Assembly: GCA_964353095.1 (NCBI GenBank)
Contig: CAYGUO010000001.1
Location: 1-52,468 of the forward strand
DNA length: 52,468 bases
DNA from: an uncultured Flavobacteriaceae bacterium
Lineage (GTDB): Bacteria > Bacteroidota > Bacteroidia > Flavobacteriales > Flavobacteriaceae
Direction: 5' to 3'
In this document: piece after piece, positions 1-10,531 of the stretch
Layout of the letters: each line of letters begins with the position of its first letter
Numbering within the stretch: the stretch's first letter is position 1
The notes under the pieces: generated by a model
Told to the model about the DNA's origin: nothing
Databases searched by the model: none
What the model saw: only the letters and a program-made list of their open reading frames with translations
Translations under genes and position numbers: made by a program

Positions 1-632
1 TTTACGTCAATTTTGCTGTTTACCGCTACCCGGATATTTGATGAGCCAGATGAGGTTATCTCTGCAGTATTCGTAGTGAATTCAAAAGCTTTTAGGTTTG
101 ACGAGCCAGAAGATGTCACATCCAAACGTTCTGCAGTTCCACCTAAGGTTATATTGCTAGATCCAGAAGAAATTACTTTTAAGTTTTTCGCATTAATAGT
201 CAAATCTGCATTTTTAGACCCAGAAGTATGCACTTTAAAATCATTGGCCTCTAGCATCTTTTTGCCAACTACTTTACCAGAGCCTGAAAGACGGATGGCA
301 TCAATTTTATCAACAGGAATAGTTACAAAAATGGTTGCACCGGCAGAAGGCCTTAACTGCATATTATCCCTAGATTTTATGGTCAAAGTACCACCCCTGA
401 CTTCGGTCTCTATATATTCTAAAAGATTGTCTTCCCCTTTTAGGGTAATGGTGCCTTCGTCCCCATCAACAAGCGCTACTTCGAAGAAACCGCCTATAGC
501 GATACCATCATAATTTCCTGTTTGCCGTTCTAAGGTTACAACGTTTCCGTTGCCCTGTATTTTTTTACCCCTTTGGGCATGTGTAAGGGTCAAACAGGTC
601 ATTGCTAGGATAAATGTTGTTATTGTTTTCAT
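1..632 (-). CDS. DUF2807 / head GIN domain beta-helix protein with signal peptide (3' end runs off the window)
   Basis: Not in the ORF track. Translated by hand from ATG at 632: MKTITTFILAMTCLTLTHAQRGKKIQGNGNVVTLERQTGNYDGIAIGGFFEVALVDGDEGTITLKGEDNLLEYIETEVRGGTLTIK..., then repeated (S)SGSSN coils. The GNGNVV...ENLLEYIETEV..G.L.I pattern is typical of DUF2807. Confidence 0.85.
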   Translation of the reverse strand, partial: MKTITTFILAMTCLTLTHAQRGKKIQGNGNVVTLERQTGNYDGIAIGGFFEVALVDGDEGTITLKGEDNLLEYIETEVRGGTLTIKSRDNMQLRPSAGATIFVTIPVDKIDAIRLSGSGKVVGKKMLEANDFKVHTSGSKNADLTINAKNLKVISSGSSNITLGGTAERLDVTSSGSSNLKAFEFTTNTAEITSSGSSNIRVAVNSKIDV

Positions 633-655
633 GATATAGTTGTTTTTTATGATTC

Positions 656-3022
656 TTATTCTTCTCTAAGGGCATTAATAGGATTACGATTTGCAGCAAA
701 AATGGCTTGACCACCAATGGTTGCAAGGGCTACGGCCAAAGCAAGGGTGGCGGCACCCACAAAGTACCATAGGTTGAGTGATATGCGATATGCAAAATCA
801 GAAAGCCAATCTGTTGATAATAAGTACGCAATGGGTACTGCGATAAAAATCGCTATCACCACAAGTAGTGCAAAATCTTTTGATAACATCACTACAATTT
901 GAGTCACATTCTGACCAAGAATTTTGCGAATACTAATTTCCTTTCGTCTTTGGAACGCCGTAAAAAGTGCCAAACCAAATAGACCTAAACAAGAGATGAT
1001 GATGGCCAAACCAGCAAAGTATTTAGATAGTAAGGTGACAATCTGTTCTGAACGATAGATTTCTTGAAAATTATCATCTATAAATCGATATTCAAATGGA
1101 GTATTGGGGTTGAATTTTTTGTATATCGTTTCAATTTTGGCAATAGTTTCATAGGGCTGTTTAGCATCTAATTTGACCATGATGTTATCACCCTTACCTA
1201 ATTCAAAAAATAAAGGCTTAATAGGTTCGTACAATGATTCAAAGTGAAAGTCTTTTACTACGCCTACAATCGTTTTGTATCCTTCAAAATATACTTGCTG
1301 ACCAATAGGATTATCTTCGTACCCCATTGTTTTTATAGCTGTTTCGTTAAAGATGATGCCCTCTCTATCGGTTTCTGAGTTCTGTAAAAATGAACGACCT
1401 TCTATTACTTCAACATCTAAAAGGTCAATAATATCATATCCCCCAGAAATGTCAAAAAATCGAATTTTAAGTTCATCTTTTTCTTGATCTGCCCATTGAT
1501 AGCCGGTGCTATTGCCAAGTCTTCCAGGAAGGTCCCCGTACATATGAGACGCTTTTGATATTCCTACAACTTGTTCAATTTCTGTAATAAATGCTTTGTA
1601 CTCCGTATCTAAATTACCTTCTATAGGAAAAGAAACTACCTGCTTTTTATCATAACCTAGTTCTTGCTCTTGAACAAAACCCACTTGTTTTGATACTACT
1701 AAAACGGCAATGAGCAATACTATTGAGATGGAAAACTGAAAAATGACCAAGCCTTTTCGCAACCAAAACTCCCCTCGACCAACATTTAGTTTACCCTTGA
1801 GGGTTTGCACCGGTTTTAATTTTGAAAGGTACACTGCCGGGTATATGCCAGAAATAAGACCTGTAGCAACGGTAATCGCCAGTACACCAATAACCGCACG
1901 GTATCCAAAATCAAAAGTCAATTTTGTACCAATGATTTCATTAAAAATAGGTAACACTATCTTCACAACTGGAACTGCCACCATTAAAGCCAATAGCGAC
2001 ATTAAAACGGCTTCGGTCATAAATTGTAATAGCAGTGTTGTCCGTTTTACTCCCGCTGCTTTTTTAATTCCAATTTCTTTGATTCGTTTTGCGGCGTTTG
2101 CTGTGGCTAGATTTGAAAAATTGATACAGGCCAATACCAGAATAAGAAGTCCGATAATACCAAATAAGCGCACAAATTTCATTCTGCCCGCTGCTGGTAC
2201 GCCATTTTCAAACGAACCAAATAAATAACGCGCTTTATATTTTTGAGCAAATAAGCTTGTGTTTGCTCCTTGGATTTTACTCTCTAAATAGTTGTCAATT
2301 TTAGTGTTGAATTCACTAATACTAACCCCTGGTAATAAGACGAGATGGGCTTGAACTCCGCCGTTATTCCATTTTTTTAAATTGGGACGACCTTCCAAAA
2401 ACCGTTCAAAACTGAATAATACATCATAGGTATCCGAAGTATTTTTAGGTAGTTTAAAAACACCTGTTACCGTATAGCTTCCATCAAAGTATTCGTTTCT
2501 GAACGTAACGGTTTTACCTAATGCATTTTGACCAGAGTTAAATAGGCTCAATGCCATTGTTTCTGAAATCACTATGGATTGTCTGTCCGTTAAGGCATTG
2601 TTTTTACTACCGGCAATAAAATCACATCCGAAGATTTTAAAAAAACCATCGCCCACAAATTGAGGTTTTACCTTAATGTTATTGGTTTGGTTTGAAAGCA
2701 CCCCATTATAGAAGGAACGTGGTGCTACCACTGGCACGGCATAGTCAATTTCAGCGATATCTTCTGCCATGGTTAAGGTCAATGGTCCTGGAGTAATATC
2801 TTCTGTCTCTATAGTTTGTGGTGTATGGTAATTGACCACCACTTGCACATGCCTATCGCTATCTATTTCAGAAAACTGATTTACCTTAAGTTCGTTGGTA
2901 ACCCAAAGAAATATCAACAGGGCAGCTGCGAGTCCACCAGTAAGCCCTAGAATATTGATTAGAAATACACTTTTAGATTTTTTAATACTTCTGAAGAAAA
3001 GTTTAATGTTTTGTTTCCACAT
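656..3022 (-). CDS. ABC transporter permease, duplicated MacB-PCD/FtsX type (array copy 11)
   Basis: 788 aa with two repeats of periplasmic domain plus TM cluster. Motifs KRIKEIGIKKAAG and RRKEISIRKILG; C-terminus NPINALREE. Confidence 0.93.
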   Translation of the reverse strand: MWKQNIKLFFRSIKKSKSVFLINILGLTGGLAAALLIFLWVTNELKVNQFSEIDSDRHVQVVVNYHTPQTIETEDITPGPLTLTMAEDIAEIDYAVPVVAPRSFYNGVLSNQTNNIKVKPQFVGDGFFKIFGCDFIAGSKNNALTDRQSIVISETMALSLFNSGQNALGKTVTFRNEYFDGSYTVTGVFKLPKNTSDTYDVLFSFERFLEGRPNLKKWNNGGVQAHLVLLPGVSISEFNTKIDNYLESKIQGANTSLFAQKYKARYLFGSFENGVPAAGRMKFVRLFGIIGLLILVLACINFSNLATANAAKRIKEIGIKKAAGVKRTTLLLQFMTEAVLMSLLALMVAVPVVKIVLPIFNEIIGTKLTFDFGYRAVIGVLAITVATGLISGIYPAVYLSKLKPVQTLKGKLNVGRGEFWLRKGLVIFQFSISIVLLIAVLVVSKQVGFVQEQELGYDKKQVVSFPIEGNLDTEYKAFITEIEQVVGISKASHMYGDLPGRLGNSTGYQWADQEKDELKIRFFDISGGYDIIDLLDVEVIEGRSFLQNSETDREGIIFNETAIKTMGYEDNPIGQQVYFEGYKTIVGVVKDFHFESLYEPIKPLFFELGKGDNIMVKLDAKQPYETIAKIETIYKKFNPNTPFEYRFIDDNFQEIYRSEQIVTLLSKYFAGLAIIISCLGLFGLALFTAFQRRKEISIRKILGQNVTQIVVMLSKDFALLVVIAIFIAVPIAYLLSTDWLSDFAYRISLNLWYFVGAATLALAVALATIGGQAIFAANRNPINALREE

Positions 3023-3050
3023 GATTGCTGTTTTTTGATTGATGATATCT

Positions 3051-5465
3051 TTATTCGTCTCTCAACGACTTGACTGGGTTAGCGATAGCTGCTTTAATTG
3101 TTCTTGTGCTAATGGTGACCACAGCGATAAGTAGCGCGATACAACCAGAAATTGCAAAAAAGCTCCAGCTTAAATCGATATGGCTAGCATAATTCTGTAG
3201 CCATTGCTTTGAAAACCACCAAGCAATAGGTGTCGCTATAATAAAAGCAAATAGGACTAGTTTTACAAAGTCTTTGGTCAGTATATAGGTGATAGACGTA
3301 ACACTTGCGCCAATAACTTTACGAATTCCTATTTCTTTAGTGCGCTGTGAAACAATCAACATTGACATCGCAAAAAGCCCAATACAACTTAGAACAATCG
3401 CAATTATAGATCCTGTAGTAATCATGGTTGCCATTTTCTGTTCTTTTCGAAATGTTCTATTGATATTCTCATCTAAAAAAGAACCCAAAAATTGTGCATT
3501 GGGCTCTATTTTGGCCCAAGCTTTTTCAATGGCACCATAAGTATTGGCCAAGTTTTTTGGTGCCACTTTTACATAGGCATAATATAGCGGATAGTTACGG
3601 CTCATCATCATAGAGATAGGCGCTATAGCCTTATCCAACTTTTCAAAATTATAGTTTTTGACAACCCCAATAACCGGAAAACGTAACGAACCGTTAAAGC
3701 TGATATATGCTGTCAAGGGGTCTTTTTCACCGAATTCTTTTGCCATAGCCTGATTGATGACCACGCCTATACTATCACTTGCAAAATCCCTGTGAAAATT
3801 TCTACCAGCTACAATCTCCAAATCTAAGGTTTCTACATAATCATAATCAACCGTTAGGTAGTTGGTATTAATCATCCTATTCTTGTATTCAAAGCCAAAC
3901 ATATTTTTGGAAACACTACCATCTTTACCATAACCTAGATTGTTATCCGCACCTGATATCTCTAAAATATCAGGATTTCCAGCCAATTCGTTTCTTAACA
4001 GTTCTAGTGCATCGTAGCTGTTCTTTTTCCCATCCATAGGGAAAGAAAGTACTTGCTCTTTATTAAAGCCAAGGTCTTTATTGCGTAAATAATCTATTTG
4101 ACTTTTTAAGACCAATGTGCCGCTTATTAATAAAATGGCAATACCAAACTGAATGACCATTAGAATATCACGCACCCTATTCTTTCCTGAAGTCTCCATT
4201 TTTCCCTTTAAGGACTGTATAGTTCCCAGTTTACTCATTAATAGGGCTGGATAACCTCCAATTAAAAGGGTTATCATTAATACTGCTAGTAAAAATATGC
4301 TGATAAGGATAGGGGTTAGGATTAAATCGAATGACACCTCAGTTCTGAACAAGGTTTTAAATTCATCAATGAGCAACAGGCTTAGGAGCAAGCCTATACC
4401 AACTGAAGCCAGAAATATAAAAAGGCTTTCGCTCCAGAATTGGAAAAAGAGTTGCTTTCTTTTTGCGCCAAGGGTCTTTCGCATACCAATCTCTTTTAAG
4501 CGTTGCCCGCTTCTTGCCAAGCTCATATTGATGAAATTCACACAAGCGATGAATAGAATTAAAAATGCTACCCCTAAGACCAAATAAGATGTGCTTCGAC
4601 TAATTTCAGCATCACCTTTGGCAAAGTTGGCAAAGTTCATATCCTTAAGAGAAAGTAGCTCATACTTAAAAAAACGACCATCTGAATTGGCCTGCGCACC
4701 ATCTCTTTTAGCATCTTCAATACGTTGTTTAAGGTTAATGTCAACCAAAGAACGAGTTGCCTCTTCAAATCTACTAGGATTGGCATTGGGCGCTAATTGT
4801 ACGAAAACATCATGATATCTCGCATTCCATGAATTTTGGCTATTTGTAAAACTAGCATCTTTTTCAAACCTCACTGCTATTTCAAAATCAAGATTACTTT
4901 GAACAGGGATATCTGCAACCACAGCACTCACGGTAAAAGGTTGGTCTTGACCGTCAATCAAAATTTGTACAGTTTTACCAATCGCTTCTTCTCCAGCAAA
5001 GAGTTTTTCAGAAGTGTCTTCTGTGATTACAATATTTGATTGTTGCTCCAAAGGATTGTTCATTTTACCTTTAATCGTTGGAAATGTGAACATGTTAAAG
5101 AAATCTGCATCTACCCAAATGGCATCCATATTGATTTCTTTTTCTCCATAAGAAACAATTGCCTCTTGTTCTAAATGACGTGTTGCCTTATTCACAAAAG
5201 GGACATCCGCTTTTATGGCATCCATCAGTGGTGCTGGGTGACTTACGTTGGCTACAGGGCCTTTTGGGGTTTGTCCAACCCAATAAACTTTATGGATATC
5301 GCTTGCATTGGTATGGAACTTATCGTACGATAAATCAAAAAAACCTGCCATCGAAAGCAATATTGCCACTGCGAATGCAACCGAAAGGCCAACAACATTT
5401 ATAGACGTAAAAACTTTGTCTTTTGTTAAGTTTCTCCAAGCAATTTTCAAATAATTTTTAAACAT
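3051..5465 (-). CDS. ABC transporter permease, duplicated MacB-PCD/FtsX type (copy 10)
   Basis: 804 aa. Starts MFKNYLKIAWRNL; motifs RLKEIGMRKTLGA and RTKEIGIRKVIGA; ends NPVKSLRDE. Confidence 0.93.
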   Translation of the reverse strand: MFKNYLKIAWRNLTKDKVFTSINVVGLSVAFAVAILLSMAGFFDLSYDKFHTNASDIHKVYWVGQTPKGPVANVSHPAPLMDAIKADVPFVNKATRHLEQEAIVSYGEKEINMDAIWVDADFFNMFTFPTIKGKMNNPLEQQSNIVITEDTSEKLFAGEEAIGKTVQILIDGQDQPFTVSAVVADIPVQSNLDFEIAVRFEKDASFTNSQNSWNARYHDVFVQLAPNANPSRFEEATRSLVDINLKQRIEDAKRDGAQANSDGRFFKYELLSLKDMNFANFAKGDAEISRSTSYLVLGVAFLILFIACVNFINMSLARSGQRLKEIGMRKTLGAKRKQLFFQFWSESLFIFLASVGIGLLLSLLLIDEFKTLFRTEVSFDLILTPILISIFLLAVLMITLLIGGYPALLMSKLGTIQSLKGKMETSGKNRVRDILMVIQFGIAILLISGTLVLKSQIDYLRNKDLGFNKEQVLSFPMDGKKNSYDALELLRNELAGNPDILEISGADNNLGYGKDGSVSKNMFGFEYKNRMINTNYLTVDYDYVETLDLEIVAGRNFHRDFASDSIGVVINQAMAKEFGEKDPLTAYISFNGSLRFPVIGVVKNYNFEKLDKAIAPISMMMSRNYPLYYAYVKVAPKNLANTYGAIEKAWAKIEPNAQFLGSFLDENINRTFRKEQKMATMITTGSIIAIVLSCIGLFAMSMLIVSQRTKEIGIRKVIGASVTSITYILTKDFVKLVLFAFIIATPIAWWFSKQWLQNYASHIDLSWSFFAISGCIALLIAVVTISTRTIKAAIANPVKSLRDE

Positions 5466-5497
5466 AGTGTTCGGATTTTTGATTGATGATGTGGTCG

Positions 5498-7924
5498 TTA
5501 TTCGTCTCTAAGCGAATCAACTGGGTTAGCGACTGCCGCCTGAAAACTCTGCCAGCTCACCGTTAATAGCGCGATTATAAGTGCTGATACCCCTGCAAGC
5601 ACAAAAACCCACCAGCTAATAGTTGTTTTATAGGCAAAACCTTCTAACCATTTACTCATGGCATACCAAGAAATAGGGACTGCAAATACAAATGCCAAGG
5701 CAACCCATTTTACAAAATCTTTATTCAAGAGGGTAAGTACTTGTGGTATGCTTGCCCCGTTGACCTTGCGAATACCGATTTCTTTTTTCCGTTGTACAAC
5801 AGTGTAAGATGTAAGACCAAACAGCCCCATGGAAGCAATAAGAATAGCTAAAATCGTAAAAATCTGAAAGGCAGATCCGAACGCCTTATCCTCTTTATAT
5901 TGGGCTTCAAATTTTTGATCTAAAAAGGTATAGTTGAATGTACTCTGGGGAAATACTTGTTTCCATTCTGTTTTTATCTGAGCAATGGACGATTCAAAAC
6001 CGGATACCGAAGCAGCGGCTGGATTTAGTTTCACCAAAAGATTATTTACGTCTTTCTGGTACCGAATAATCATAGGCAAAAGCGGACTTTTTAAGCCAAA
6101 ATGGTAGTAGTCCTTGATTACGCCAGTAACCTTCCATTCGTTATTTCCCCAAAAATCGAGATTTTTATTTATAATATCCTCTGGAGATGAAATCCCCATG
6201 TTTTTTAAAAAAGTTTCATTCACGACAACTTGGCTACCCTCCCAGTCCGATGAGGGAAGAAAAGTGTTACCGGCCAAGAATTCAATATCTACCAAATCAA
6301 AATATTCTGGTTGCACATGATAGGTGTAGAATATTTTATCATTCTCTTGTTTACCATTAGGCAATGTTAATCCCCGAGTAGAGGATAGGTTATCAAAACT
6401 ATCCCCAGGATAACTTTGAGCAATGGCGACACTTTCAACAAAAGGCAGTTTTTCAAGTTCCGATTCCAATACTTTAAAATCATTGATTAACAAAGAATCC
6501 ACCTTCGCCGTTACTACTTCGCCTTTCAATGCAATCACTTGATTTAGGTTGGTACCTATAGGCTGACTTTCCAAAAAATTGATCTGTTTGGTGACTACTA
6601 TGGTGCCAATCAACAAAATAATAGTGGCTAAAAATTGGGTTACTATAAGTCCTTTTCTAACCGCTAGCCCTTGCGAAGAAGTTTGTATTTTACCTTTGAG
6701 GGCTTTTGCCGGAGAATAGCTACTCAAAAGGATGGCAGGGTACAAACCTGCTACAATCATTCCTAATAATATAAAAAGGAAATAGGGTAAAAAAGCACTA
6801 AAATTTGATAAACCTAAGCTGAGTTCTTTACCAGTAATGTTATTGTACAAAGGCAATAGTATTGCCACTAAAATCAATGAAATTGAAATAGCAATAAAAT
6901 TTAGCAGAATGGATTCGATAAGCGATTGAATGACCAATTGTGATTTTTGTGCCCCTGATACCTTTCGAATACCGGTTTCTTTTGCGCGCTCCATAGATTT
7001 GGTTGCAGAAAGATTAATATAGTTCAACCATGATAGAATAAGAATTATAAATGCAATAGCCATCAAAAATTTTATCCTAGTTACACTACCATTTGCAGAA
7101 ACCTCATATGGTTTATCTGAATACAAATGAATAGCTTCAAGAGGTTCAATATTGTGTTGTTCCTCTGTATCTTCCTCTATATCGCTATCGATTATTTTTT
7201 GGCGTAAAAGAGCTGCGTCGGCATTTGGGTCTATTTTCAAAAAAGTGTAATAGTTGTTCATGTTCCAGTTGAGCTCATGAGCTCTTGGGCCATATTCTGT
7301 CCAAGTTTTCTCAGTTTCATACGATATTAAATAGGTATTTCTATAGTGGGCCGTTTTTGGCATATCGGCCATAATACCGGTTACTGTTAAAACAGCTTCT
7401 TCGCCGTCCCTAAAGGCTGAAATTGTTTTTTGCATCGGGTTTTCAGAACCGAACAGTTTTTGTGCGAATGATTCTGATAATACAATAGAATAGGGCTGAG
7501 CCAGCACGGTTTCTTTTTCTCCTTTTAATAGCGGATACTTAAAAATATCAAAGTAGCTTGGGTCTGCCAAGGAGCCCAAAGGTTGTTCTAATATGCGTTC
7601 CCCTAACTTAAAGGTCATTTTTTCAAAGTAGTAAAACCGAACATAATCCAACACTTCTGGGAATTCCTTTTTTAAAGATGGCCCTGTTAGATTATAGGTT
7701 TGCGCGTCTCCAGCAACAAATTCGTTACCTTCCAGATAATCCATATAGGCTCGGTAAACATGCTCAGAACCTTCAAATTTATCATAGCTCTTCTCATAAT
7801 TTACATAGAGCATGATTAACACAAACGAAGCAATACCAATCGCTAATCCGAAGATGTTAATAAAAGAATACAGCTTGTTCTTTAACAAATACCGGGTTGC
7901 GATTTTTAGGAATAGTTTGTACAT
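5498..7924 (-). CDS. ABC transporter permease, duplicated MacB-PCD/FtsX type (copy 9)
   Basis: 808 aa. Motifs RAKETGIRKVSGA and RKKEIGIRKVNGA; ends NPVDSLRDE. Confidence 0.93.
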   Translation of the reverse strand: MYKLFLKIATRYLLKNKLYSFINIFGLAIGIASFVLIMLYVNYEKSYDKFEGSEHVYRAYMDYLEGNEFVAGDAQTYNLTGPSLKKEFPEVLDYVRFYYFEKMTFKLGERILEQPLGSLADPSYFDIFKYPLLKGEKETVLAQPYSIVLSESFAQKLFGSENPMQKTISAFRDGEEAVLTVTGIMADMPKTAHYRNTYLISYETEKTWTEYGPRAHELNWNMNNYYTFLKIDPNADAALLRQKIIDSDIEEDTEEQHNIEPLEAIHLYSDKPYEVSANGSVTRIKFLMAIAFIILILSWLNYINLSATKSMERAKETGIRKVSGAQKSQLVIQSLIESILLNFIAISISLILVAILLPLYNNITGKELSLGLSNFSAFLPYFLFILLGMIVAGLYPAILLSSYSPAKALKGKIQTSSQGLAVRKGLIVTQFLATIILLIGTIVVTKQINFLESQPIGTNLNQVIALKGEVVTAKVDSLLINDFKVLESELEKLPFVESVAIAQSYPGDSFDNLSSTRGLTLPNGKQENDKIFYTYHVQPEYFDLVDIEFLAGNTFLPSSDWEGSQVVVNETFLKNMGISSPEDIINKNLDFWGNNEWKVTGVIKDYYHFGLKSPLLPMIIRYQKDVNNLLVKLNPAAASVSGFESSIAQIKTEWKQVFPQSTFNYTFLDQKFEAQYKEDKAFGSAFQIFTILAILIASMGLFGLTSYTVVQRKKEIGIRKVNGASIPQVLTLLNKDFVKWVALAFVFAVPISWYAMSKWLEGFAYKTTISWWVFVLAGVSALIIALLTVSWQSFQAAVANPVDSLRDE

Positions 7925-7956
7925 GGATACATCTTTGTTGGTGTTACAAAACCTAC

Positions 7957-8062
7957 CCTATTATTATGCCACAATATAACTAACTGATATACAATAATGT
8001 AAATAGAAGGGTAGATGAGGCACTGTCAAAATATTTGACAGTATTTGTATAATATGTTTACA
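7957..8062 (-). promoter_or_regulatory. Putative sigma54 promoter module P3 (-24/-12 box, IHF site, tandem enhancer)
   Basis: Minus strand TGGCATAATAATAGG (7957-7971). IHF consensus TATCAGTTAGTTA (7977-7989, minus). TGTCAAAATATTTGACA (8024-8040, perfect palindrome) and TGTATAATATGTTTACA (8046-8062). Confidence 0.72.
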
Positions 8063-8067
8063 AGATG

Positions 8068-10503
8068 TTATTCCGTACGTAGACTCTTTACAGGGTTTGT
8101 ATTTGCCTTGGCGATTGTTTTAATACTCATAATAATGAAAGCGATGAAGCACATCAATAATCCGCTTGCGATAAAAATCCACCAGCTTAAATCGGTCTTG
8201 AAAGCAAAGTTTTCAAGCCATTTGTGCAAGCTGTACCAAGCTAACGGAACCGCAATGATAAAAGCAATGCCCACCAATTTCAAAAAGTCTTTGCAAAGTA
8301 AGACGTTCAATTGTGCAATGGAAGCACCTAATACCTTTCGGATACCGATTTCTCGCGTTCTTCGCTCCGTAGTGTAAACGACAAGCCCTAAAAGCCCTAA
8401 ACAACTAATAGCTATGGATAGGCCTGTGGCCCAGGCAAGTAATGTGGAGGTTTTTCTTTCTTTATTATAAAATTGCTTGACGGTATCATCCATGAAATTC
8501 ACCTCAAAAGGTTCTTCAGGATAAACTAAGCCCCATTGCGTTTCTATTTTATCTAATGTACCTGACAAATCAGTAATATTCCCATTGACTGACAGGTGTA
8601 TTGTATTGAATTGTGCATAGAACTCTCGGTAACTATCCCCTACCAAGACCATTGGGTCAATGGTCGATTTTAATGATCGTTGGTGAAAATCTTTCATGAC
8701 GCCCACAATTGGTATTTTCATGTCGCCAACATCAATCATTTCACCCAAAACATCTTCAGGATTTTTAAAGCCTAGTTCTTTCATATAGGCCTCGTTAATC
8801 ACAAATTCTGAAATGGTATCATTGAGTCGGTCCCTCCCCGCTAATAATTGAATACCATAAACCTCACGGTAATTGGAATCACCAAAAAGCTGTTGCAAGA
8901 CAGTTGAGATTTTGTTGCCATCTTTAAAGTAATCTACCACCATAGAATTGAAATTCTTGGAGGCTGGGGGGTTACCAGCCAGAGAAATTTGAGTAATTTC
9001 GGGTATTTTGCTTAGCTCTTTTGCAAGGGTTTCTCGTTTAGTTAAATCATCATCATGCCATGCCCTGATATAAAGGTTGGCTGATGTTTTAAAGCCCATG
9101 TCTTGTGATATCATGTAATTGAGCTGTTTACCTACAATAAGCATTGCAATAATAAATACTTGAGCTATTACAAACTGGAAAACCGTTAAATATTGGCGTA
9201 GTCTTGGCTTATCTTTTTGATGTTCAAATTGACTTTTAAGCGCTTTAACTGGCTTAAAATTTGAAAGGACTAGCGAGGGGTAAAATCCTGAAAGGAAACT
9301 AATTAGTATGAGTAATACCGATGCCCCCAAAAGGACTATGGGATTCTTAAATAGGCTAAAATCGACACCTTGTTGTAAAAAATCCGAAAAAATCTGAAGC
9401 AACCAAAACGAGAACAAAACAGACAATATGGCGGCAGCTAAAGTCAATAGCGCAGTTTCAGTCATAAACTGAAACATCAACTGTTTTTTTGAACTACCTA
9501 AGGTTTTTCGTACGCCAATTTCTTTTCCCCTTTGTGCTGCTTGAGCTGTGTTAAGATTAATGAAGTTGATACATGCCAATAAAAGTAAAAATAAGGCTGT
9601 AAGGCTTAAACCAAACAGAACTTCCTTGTCGGCAACGTAGTCGGTATAATCAAATATTCCATTGGTATTGTTAAAATGAATATCACCTAAAGGTTCTAGA
9701 CTAAAAATTCGGGTTTCTTCTCTTTTGATAGCATCATCACTCGCAAATTCTGAGGCTATACTTTGCAGTTTTAGATTGATTTTGAACAAATCATAACCTG
9801 GTAAGACTTTTACAAATAACTGTGTTGAAGAGTTCGTGCCATCCCAGTTATCGCTGAGTACCCTTTCTTTTAAATGGGTGTTTCTGGCAGTCTCTTTTGA
9901 GATAAACTCTTTAAAATAGAGATCTGTTGATTCTTGTAAATCAGCAACAATTCCAACCACCTTTGCAGGAATACTGTCATAAACCAAGTTTTTGCCAATA
10001 ATCGCTTCCATTGAGGCGCCTGGAAAATAGGTTTCGGCAGTTGATTTTGATAATACCACGGTATTTGGCTCGTTCAATACAGAGGGCGAGCCTAACACCC
10101 AATTGTAATTAAAGATTTGAAAATAGGAAGGCGTGGCCAATATTGCCTGTTGCCTATTTCTAAAGAAACGGTCTTCACCGGCAATGTCCACTTTTGAAAA
10201 GAATTGGGTTGAAAATGAGCTAACCGCTTCGAAACCAGTATTGTTCTCTTCAAGATAAGGCCCAAGGGGTTGCGCCACCCCTCTATTGTGAAAAGTAGCT
10301 TGAGGAGATTTGAATTTACTTATGATTCTATAAATTCTATCACTGTCGTTATGAAAGGTATCAAACGAAAAATCATGGTACACCATTAAGCCAATAACAA
10401 ATGAAGCGCTAAGGCCGATGGCCAAGCTCAATACTTTTATCAAGGAAAACGTTTTGTTTTTCCAAATACTTCTGATAGCTGTTTTGATGTAATTTTTGAA
10501 CAT
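8068..10503 (-). CDS. ABC transporter permease, duplicated MacB-PCD/FtsX type (copy 8)
   Basis: 811 aa. Motifs RGKEIGVRKTLGS and RTREIGIRKVLGA; ends NPVKSLRTE. Confidence 0.93.
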   Translation of the reverse strand: MFKNYIKTAIRSIWKNKTFSLIKVLSLAIGLSASFVIGLMVYHDFSFDTFHNDSDRIYRIISKFKSPQATFHNRGVAQPLGPYLEENNTGFEAVSSFSTQFFSKVDIAGEDRFFRNRQQAILATPSYFQIFNYNWVLGSPSVLNEPNTVVLSKSTAETYFPGASMEAIIGKNLVYDSIPAKVVGIVADLQESTDLYFKEFISKETARNTHLKERVLSDNWDGTNSSTQLFVKVLPGYDLFKINLKLQSIASEFASDDAIKREETRIFSLEPLGDIHFNNTNGIFDYTDYVADKEVLFGLSLTALFLLLLACINFINLNTAQAAQRGKEIGVRKTLGSSKKQLMFQFMTETALLTLAAAILSVLFSFWLLQIFSDFLQQGVDFSLFKNPIVLLGASVLLILISFLSGFYPSLVLSNFKPVKALKSQFEHQKDKPRLRQYLTVFQFVIAQVFIIAMLIVGKQLNYMISQDMGFKTSANLYIRAWHDDDLTKRETLAKELSKIPEITQISLAGNPPASKNFNSMVVDYFKDGNKISTVLQQLFGDSNYREVYGIQLLAGRDRLNDTISEFVINEAYMKELGFKNPEDVLGEMIDVGDMKIPIVGVMKDFHQRSLKSTIDPMVLVGDSYREFYAQFNTIHLSVNGNITDLSGTLDKIETQWGLVYPEEPFEVNFMDDTVKQFYNKERKTSTLLAWATGLSIAISCLGLLGLVVYTTERRTREIGIRKVLGASIAQLNVLLCKDFLKLVGIAFIIAVPLAWYSLHKWLENFAFKTDLSWWIFIASGLLMCFIAFIIMSIKTIAKANTNPVKSLRTE

Positions 10504-10531
10504 GATAGGATATTATATTCAACTATTCTTT

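Noticed and set aside
13-513. 166-aa plus-strand ORF with repeated DEPE motifs
   Set aside because: Antisense shadow of the DUF2807 gene; the repeats mirror its SGSS coils.
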